From contig OZ024742.1 of the NCBI GenBank assembly GCA_964016885.1, positions 214,644,001-214,708,000 on the forward strand: DNA of 64,000 nt. Reading direction: 5' to 3'. The stretch is from Eledone cirrhosa. Its lineage: Eukaryota. Shown here one piece after another: positions 54,975 through 64,000 of this stretch (position 1 is the first letter of the stretch; every line of letters starts with the position of its first letter). A program made the position numbers and the translations under genes. The notes under the pieces are model-generated. The model saw only the letters and a list, made by a program, of their open reading frames with translations. It was not told the origin of the DNA and searched no databases.

Positions 54975-56256
54975 CAATAACAGAGAAAGCTTTAAGCTAA
55001 ACTCTGACTGGCTACCATCTCAGTCAACAAATATTAGGATATACGTTAGTATAATCCCAATTTTGTGTTTGGGGTGCTAACTATATGCATTTTGTGGAAA
55101 GCCAGTTGTATTATTTTATATGAGATATAATCGAAATTAAAATATATCTCTCTTTCCAAACAATTGTTTCATTATAAGTTTTCTACAAGTTGGGAGAATG
55201 TTTCCGGTTTATGTAGAAGCCTACATATTTCTCTGTAAGAACACATGCAGGTGGGTACTTATAAATCATCATTGGATGCCCATCAAACTTTGATATAATA
55301 ACAAATTTCTTACCGCAGTTATTTTTCGTGTCAGCTAAGTCGTCCCTTCACGCATCATAATGACCGCCAAATTTGAAATTCCAGCAGTCTTTAGACTGAG
55401 GAATTTCACAGCGTCACGAAGCGGAAAAGGGAGGCAATCGCAAGTCACAAGAAAGTAAAATAATATACACGTGGGTTAATTAGTTTTTTTAAAAACAATA
55501 TTAATCCTGCGTGTTAAGAACTCAATTAATTTAAAAAAAATAAATGTATGCATGTATTAATTACACACGCATATAGATATTTTCTTAGGCTAAAAACAGA
55601 GAAGTGATACATAAATAACAAACAATATCTCATAACAGTAATAAATACGGAAAGTTACGTTTAAAAGGTATCTGGAAATATAATTCTCTGTCCAAATCAA
55701 GAGTAAAATATTTAATACAATAACAGAGAAAGCTTTAAGCTAAACTCTGACTGGCTACCATCTCACTCAACAAACATTAGGAAATACGTTAGTATAATCC
55801 CAATTTTGTGTTTGGGGTGCTAACTATATGTATTTTGTGGAAAGCCAGTTGTATTATTTTATATGAGATATAATTAAAATTAAAATATATCTCTCTTTCC
55901 AAACAATTGTTTCATTATAAGTTTTCTACAAGTTGGGAGAATGTTTCCGGTTCATGTAGAAGCCTACATATTTTTCTGTAAGAACACATGCAGGTGGTCA
56001 CTTATAAATCATCAGTGGATGCCCATCAAACTTTGATATAAGAAAAACAATTCTTACCGCAGTTATTTTTCGTGTCAGCTAAGTCGTCCCTTCACGCATC
56101 ATAATGACCGCCAAATTTGAAATTCCAGCAGTCTTTAGACTGAGGAATTTCACAGCGTCACGAAGCGGAAAAGGGAGGCAATCGCGAATCACAAGAAAGT
56201 AAAATAATATACACGTGGGTTAATTAGTTTTTTTAAAAACAATATTAATCCTGCGT
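54971..56256 (-). mobile_element. ORF-less HHR tandem element (retrozyme-like), locus 2: ~1.7 units of 743 bp
   Basis: Unit starts at 54971 and 55714; caattg at 55161 and 55904. The 3' end abuts (TA)n. Confidence 0.88.
55898..56019 (-). ncRNA. Type I hammerhead (sister copy 55155-55276 has C3A)
   Basis: tcca-CTGATGA-tttataag..cttataat-GAAA-caattg-TT-tgga. Confidence 0.8.
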
Positions 56257-56261
56257 CAGAG

Positions 56262-56734
<473 letters not shown>

Positions 56735-57117
56735 CCTGCAAAAATGAACATCTTCAAGCGATCTTGCCATAAAAACAATGTTTGAACTGCTTGTCAAAAA
56801 CCAATTTTGTAAATAATATTATTCTTTCTTTCCCATTACCTTTACATTTTTAACATACCCTTATTTTCTCTTCTACATTTTGTACTAACACAAATTGTTC
56901 TCACCCACTCACATAATTTGAAAATACATAAAATACTGAAACCGGTAATTGATAATTATTAAATAAATAAATGATATTGTTAACTGGTAAATAAATTAAT
57001 TAATACTTTGACACTTCACGCAAAGTAAAATAATATGTTTTAAATATTTTCTAACCCAGAATGAATAAAAAAATAACGGAAAAAAACTATTGTTCTTCCT
57101 AATAATCGTTTTTTTCT

Positions 57118-57154
<37 letters not shown>

Positions 57155-57682
57155 AATATAAATTAGCGAGAATCGTATTTCGGCTTTGGAAATTAGCGAA
57201 AAACAAATTCCGATATGTGTGGCAAGCGCTCAATAATTCTAATGAACCAGAGCTACAACATACGTTAAAAAGCCAAACACACTGAGACGATGGTTAAACC
57301 ATTATCCGCACATCCATAGAAACAACCAAGTAATTCGGGTCAAACAAATAAAAAAATATGATTGAAAATTTTACCCGGACCCCTGGATGGTCGGTAAAAA
57401 TCCAGCATTTGGGTTTCTGCGACTCCTAAATCAAGTACTGTCCGCTTAGACAAATAATATTAGGCTTCTGGTAAGATGATTGAACAAGGAAGTCACTTTC
57501 TCAACAGGCTTTTAGTTCAAGTGCCAGGCCAAGGATTGACAGTTACCATTACCCACGTGGAGCTCGACAAGGGAGGCAACCCTTATTTTTGGCGGATGAA
57601 TTCAGTATGTGTATAGTATTGCAAAATTGCAAAATATCACAAAACGAATTAAGTTCTTAACATATATATATATATATATATA

Positions 57683-58287
57683 TATTAAAATAACAAATTA
57701 AAGTTTAAGCAAAGAATCGCTGCTTTCACCCTTAACGGGATCTTCTGAAACTAAAAAAAATCAATCTGTGAATGCAGAAGTATATATTTCAAAAAACATT
57801 GCAACCGAAGGAAGACAGGAAGACGATACTGTGGTTCATGGAGACGTTCCCTGGCAAAGAACGAAACAAAACGAAGATAATACGTCAGTATTTGGAGCGG
57901 ACCAGTTAATAGAATTCTACGACTTCTTTTATACAATAAACGTGGTTTTGCCTTTGCGTGTAATTGTTCTCAACGGTCCACATAACGACGTATTATCTTC
58001 GTTTTTTCCGTTCATTGCCAGGGAACGTCTTCACGAACCAATGTATCGTCTTCTTGTCTTCCTCCGGTTGCAACGTTTTTTGAAATATTTACTTCTGCTT
58101 TCACAGATTGATTTTTTTTAGTTTCAGAAGATCCCGTTAAGGGTGAAAGCAGCGATTCTTTGCTTAAACTTTAATCTGTTATTTTAATAAATATTTGCTC
58201 GACGTTTCTTATATATTTGATATATATTCATCCTTATCGAGCCCTCTTTGGATTTTAGTCTTCAAATTTATTATTATTAATATATAA

Positions 58288-58344
<57 letters not shown>

Positions 58345-58397
58345 TAAATTATCGAGCCCTCTTTGGATTTTAGTCTTCAAATTTATTATTATTACTA
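57683..58397 (+). mobile_element. Fold-back pLTR dimer (CAGAAGA HHR family), copy 2 with extra tail
   Basis: Arms ~57684-57886 and 57988-58188; tail to ~58280, repeated at 58349-58394. Confidence 0.88.
58120..58170 (+). ncRNA. Hammerhead-like motif with U4A core (mirror 57702-57752)
   Basis: agttt-CAGAAGA-tccc gttaa gggt-GAAA-gca..tgc-TT-aaact. Confidence 0.65.
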
Positions 58398-58818
58398 TGT
58401 AAATATATATATATATATATATATGTAGTTTAGAAAGCCACAACAATGCAGATGGGAAATCTCGAGGTAGGAAGTGAGTGAGAAATATATATGTTTACTC
58501 CTCCATAATAATATGGCAAACTGAATGACTTGAAATGCCAAACCAAACGAAACATAAATATCTCCGTAAGCCACTTTTGAAATATATTTATGTCGCGTTG
58601 GGGTGCATTTGTGCGGGTGTATTTGTGTGAGTTTGTACAGTTTTACGTTAGCGTGTGTTTTTATTTGCATGAAGTCAGTTATTATACACAATTGGACATC
58701 CACACGTGAATCTGCTTTTCTGAAATGAAATTTGTTCTTATTTGTATACCAACTTGATAATAGCATTATTTCTCTCAGAGTGTTTCAGAGAGTAATTGCA
58801 TTACACAGAAACAGACAA

Positions 58819-58865
<47 letters not shown>

Positions 58866-59219
58866 AATATGTTTCCTAAATCTACTACGTCTTTTTGCCG
58901 AATGCTTCCTTTAGTCCATTCCATTTGCTAAGTCTGTCACTCTACGTTTCTCTTATATCTTTTCATTTGAATAATTTTATACATTATCACCACGCTACTA
59001 TGAACATAACTATTGACTTAGGCATCATTTCAGTATAAGACAAGATGGCATGAATTTCAATAAAACATGTCAAATGCCTGGAGCAAGATGGTCAATGAAG
59101 TTTAAACTAATGTGTGATACGTGGCAAATGATTACACTCTGCAAATAAGTAATCATTATCTTATGGAAAATAATAACACATGGAAGTCATGAATTGCCTG
59201 TATTAATTTATTTAACAAA

Positions 59220-59333
59220 GTTCAAATCCCGCTGAGGTTGACTTTGCCTTTCATCCTTACGGGGTCGATAAAATAAAGTACCAGTAATGCACTGGATAAT
59301 TGCTGGCCTTGTGCCAAAAAGTAGACTCAATTA
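59220..59333 (+). mobile_element. SINE (main family), 5'-truncated
   Basis: 18-bp TSD attaatttatttaacaaa at 59202-59219 and 59330-59347. Confidence 0.88.
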
Positions 59334-59699
59334 ATTTATTTAACAAATAATATGTACAACAATTATAAACTGAGTTATCTAATAAACAGATATCGTGGAT
59401 ATCTATACGTCCTAAAAATGTATGCATTTAGTTCAGCCCTCGTTTCAATTCTGTTTTGTTGCAGTATATGCAAAGCTAATTCTAAGTACCAAAATGTATT
59501 GCGTCAGATATTATATGATACTAGTTATAATAATCTGGAGATGGTTCAGATCTAAATACATTAAAATCAACATTTTGTAAATATTGATTTGTTACATAAG
59601 CCCAGTGCAAAACACTTATATGACATGGTTAGATAACTTTGTTATACTCTTTAGCACATTCCAATGTCTCGTTACGCTGCCTAGTGCACCTTTTCATGC

Positions 59700-60560
59700 T
59701 CATCCCCTATACCATACTGAACAACACTTCACCATTCATCGCTACGTTGAACTTACTTGCAACATATGTTTCGACATCACTGTGAGGTTCCGTGACCTTG
59801 GCCTCCACTCATCATTGACATTTGCTTAGCCGTCCTACAAGTATGTAGGCTAGCATATTAAGTTGGATGACATCAAATACAGTTCAAGCTGCACGTGAAT
59901 CCAGTCTTCTTCTATAAACATCATCTTGTATTCCTGCAGACTGCCATGCAACGAAGCAGTGGAGGTTGCCGCAATTCTGCTACCTCTTCACCAGCCCGTA
60001 CGCATTCAAGGATGTGTGCTTTAGTATTAAAGTGGCTGATCATGCGACAAGGCCTCCTCCTATGTGAGCAACATACATTATTTTGTGAATTCACAGTTGA
60101 CAAGTTCAGACTATGTCTGCTTTGATGTTGCCACAGCTAGAGACAGAGACAGTACGCCACCCGGAATGAAGCAACCAACTTCTTATTATAACTGAATTCT
60201 AACAGCCTCAACTCTGTTTATCTTAATCACCCAGATGTCATTCCAGTTCAAAGAGGTAAATCTCTACTCTGAGGTACCACACACACGACACATCCTCCGA
60301 GTCTATCCTTGCTGTTTCCCATACAATACAGAGCAATATTGCCAAGATCACAAATGTGTGGAAGATATCTAAACATCTGACTTATTTGACTATTTAGTGT
60401 GGAGAGGTCCAGTGCCTTAGTTGCGGGACTCTGGTTTTCCTCTTCCAACTTGGGAAGTGTCCATCCCCCTTGAGGAATGAGCACCATGAAGTGAAATAGC
60501 TGTTACTGTGGATGCCAATGCTGTTCTCAGCGGAGAGTAGCTGAGTTGTAACGCGCAGTT
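59700..60560 (-). mobile_element. Possible decayed LINE 5'/APE region
   Basis: Raised GC and weak APE-like peptide remnants only. Confidence 0.3.
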
Positions 60561-61229
60561 AGTGGTGTAAATTCTGTTCCCCTTAAACTTTATCATATTT
60601 TAATTTTTACTACACACAGATCCTTTTATCAGCATTTAATATAATTTACATGAGCCAACTGCTTTCAGCTATCAGTTATTAGCCTGTGTTTTGTGTTGGT
60701 CAGCTCATACTTTTCGATATCGGTCAAATCAATTAAGAATACTGCCTTAAGTTATCGCGTATTACATATCACTATTTTTAATCCTTCAGTAATATCCGAA
60801 ATTGACATTTATTGGTTTATTTGTATGTCAATTACAGTCAGCATTCCCTATAATTCAGTTGACTGCAGCGCTGGCTGCATTATATTATGAACATATATTC
60901 CATAGATTCCGAGGATATAGGCCTAAATAACCAGAGTTGACCATAATGAGATACTAAATCATAGTTGAGATGTTTCGAGATAATATTGTACATGCTGCCT
61001 CTAAAATCATTAGGTATTCCACTTGAGGTTCTTTGAATAGTCTCTATTACAGAAAATGGTGGATAGACTCATAAAATATCATCCTAAAAGGATAATATAG
61101 CTTCTAGCGTATTGAATAATATATGTATTTGTATTCTAAGTAGTAAGCGCAAATGACGAACGTTTAGGAGGGAACATCGTAAATATTCATAAATATCGTA
61201 TATGACCAATTGAATATTATATATTATAT

Positions 61230-63277
61230 ATTAACTGATGCTCGTTTTAAAACCCGCAGTATTCCGACGTGAATCAAATACGTTTTTTAAACTATTAGAT
61301 AAACTTCGCATAGATACCATAAAATCTTCAATAGAAAAACTATAAAACTTTCATACTCAACCGCAGCCAACATAGAATCGCATATACGTAAGATCAAACA
61401 CAAGAATATCTATAAGGAAACTACCCCACCAATACACGACATATCACCAAACACTAAACACAAACACATAACAATATCACAAACCACAAACGCATCGGAA
61501 CATACCAAAATAAAACTTCAATAGGCATGAATCGCAACCCACACATAACAATTTGCAGAACCACAATGCGAAAGCTGCACAAAATAATACTTCAAACTGC
61601 AATTGCCACTTACCAGATAGGTTCCCATTAGCAAATAGATGCCTGGATTCTAGCTTAGTGTACATGTGTAGTATAAATTCGGGCAACTCCGCCTGGCACT
61701 ACATTGGATCCACCGCGGGTGTTTTTAAAAAAGATGGTATATACACAGACATTCAATGAAGAACCGTGCACTGGTGAATTCCACAACCCTCGCCAATAAA
61801 ATCTGGCAACTTAAGGAGAAAAACCTTGATTACAATATTAGCTGGTCGAAATTAACGGCCGCAAAGGCCTATAGCAGCGGTATGTCCCATTGCGGGCTCT
61901 GCAACCTTGAATTGCTACATATCTTAAGGTACGATAAAATGCTGCTTAACAGCAAAATAGAAATTTAACGTATGAAATCCGCATTCTCACACAGCCTACC
62001 TCAGAACCATAATTTTTTTGTAAACATCTTCCAGCCTCCCTACATCTATATCACCAAGATGGGAAAGCAATATCTACAAACATCTACCAATTATCATGTC
62101 AGCCCATAACTCAATCTAGCATTTTCTGTTGTTTATTCTTTCGGACCAAACAATTATATCTACATATCTCTCATTAGCACCCATGATCTCTAACAGATAA
62201 ACTTAATTCTAAGTACATTATCTTATTACCCTTACACTCCTTGAAACTCTTATTTTCTTATTTTCTTATTATTACTATTATGATCATCTCAATGTACCCT
62301 ATCCCTAATTTTATTCATCATGTTCTCTATCTATTTACCATGCATATTTGATTGTTGATTTATTGTCTTAATTATACGCTATTTGTCATCGAAGTTGTGA
62401 AAACTAAACCCCCATGATTCGAACTAACAATCCCAACATTTAAGAAAAGCCATCTAAACCTTAAAATACTGAATCTACAATTTCACTTAGTACTACCTAA
62501 GAACCATTTATCTTTATACACTAACTCTGTCAATATAACTAAGTTAATACAACGAAAATACTTATCTATCAGACCATAAATCAATCTCCGGTGTATTGCT
62601 AGCATGCCTTTAGATCACAGTACACTTGTATCTAGATCACTCATAATTGCACTTAAAGAAGCTGATTCCAGAAATCTGACTCTGGGTACATTTTATTAGT
62701 TATCTCTTCATCCCTCAAAAACTACGTCTAAAGTAACCTATAGTAGTTTTCACATGTCAAATTCATACATCTGTATCATATCAGTTCGGTTGCCATGCTA
62801 GTTTTATCATCTTATCATTATATTCTATTTCTCACTTATATTGATGTTATTAATTTAACTATTCAGTATCTAGTTATTTTGTTATTGATATTATTGTTCT
62901 AGTCTAATACCACTCCTCTATAAAAGCCATGCCTTGTGTATTATCCTCACATTCGCTCGCTCTGATGAATTAACTGGTTATAAACAAAGTATTGGAGATC
63001 AATTGACGCAACATCTAGCGATTAGCGAACTCTAGACCTACCAGATCAAAGAAACAATTGTCAGCACTGTGAATAAAGCCCTTATTGTACAGACAACCAT
63101 GTTACTCTTATGTCTTGAATTATTATTACTCCGTGAACTCGCCGTGAACTCGCTGCATCCCTATGGAAGTGTCTTGTTGAGTCAAACTAAAGCATACGTT
63201 AATACCATCCACAACACGGAGTACTCTAACTGGACTACCTCTAAGTGGATTGCCTATAACGATAACTTGTTATCCCG
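61230..63277 (+). mobile_element. Decayed 5'-truncated PLE with 3' UTR and HHR
   Basis: [39 protein letters not shown] and CGLCNLE. It ends at a TA-rich microsatellite. Confidence 0.85.
62959..63065 (+). ncRNA. Type I hammerhead with long stem II
   Basis: gct-CTGATGA-..ctggt..accag..-GAAA-caattg-TC-agc. Confidence 0.7.
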
Positions 63278-63328
63278 TATATATATGTATATATATATGT
63301 ATGTGTGTGTGTGTTTGTGTATGTATGT

Positions 63329-63440
<112 letters not shown>

Positions 63441-63458
63441 ATATCTATATATATATGG

Positions 63459-63525
<67 letters not shown>

Positions 63526-64000
63526 AGTGTATGTGCGTGTGTGTGTTAATTTTTACGTGAAATTTGTACATATATATATTCCATAACCATTATCAGTTGG
63601 CAATATGCTAATATGAACAGAAACTGAGAGATATTCATAGAGATCGATGAAGTCTTGAAGTACGTGGAAGAAATAACTACATTTGGAAAGACGTAAACCC
63701 ATTAAACAGCTAAAACGTATCTCTTCATTCAATTGACAATTGCAATGATAGATATTACTTCGAAAATGTTATGCTTTCCCTATCAAATTATCTCCAATTG
63801 CCCTATTTAACACCCGTATAGCACAGGTAGTAATGTGATTATATGATCTATAATTATAATTGAATTCATGAATATGTATTTTATATTTTACTGATTCTTA
63901 TGGACAAAGTTATGGATTCGTCAGCTTGTAGATTTCCATAGAAAATATACCCTCCGAGATTACTATACCTCTTCAAAAAGATAAATGAGCTTGAGAAGTT

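Noticed and set aside
54971-56256. CRISPR array or LTR retrotransposon interpretation of the direct repeats
   Set aside because: Eukaryotic context, no repeat-spacer pattern, and no TG..CA termini, PBS or gag/pol.

Overview
AT-rich, microsatellite-dense eukaryotic DNA, most likely intergenic or intronic. The SINE family and (TA)n/(CA)n landscape suggest an octopod cephalopod (inference). I found no supportable host gene; most short ORFs in the track are microsatellite translations. The window is dominated by Penelope-like retroelements (PLEs) with a DKT motif, a CxC-x4-CPL linker and a C-terminal GIY-YIG-like endonuclease, which matches the Hydra clade as I recall it. One copy has an intact 800-aa ORF (15842-18244) and six are truncated; most ends abut (TA)n. 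By eye I found about 20 type I hammerhead ribozyme (HHR) motifs, intact or decayed, in their pseudo-LTRs (pLTRs). These include U3-A8 covariant cores, a fixed CAGAAGA core, and a palindromic CAAUUG stem III shared by unrelated families. Two ORF-less HHR families stand out: a 743-bp tandem retrozyme-like element at two loci, and a ~600-bp fold-back pLTR dimer. Also present are L1/Tx1, RTE and CRE-like LINE fragments, Helitron remnants, a Tc1/mariner remnant and about 11 SINEs. All RNA structures were paired manually and none were computed or tested.
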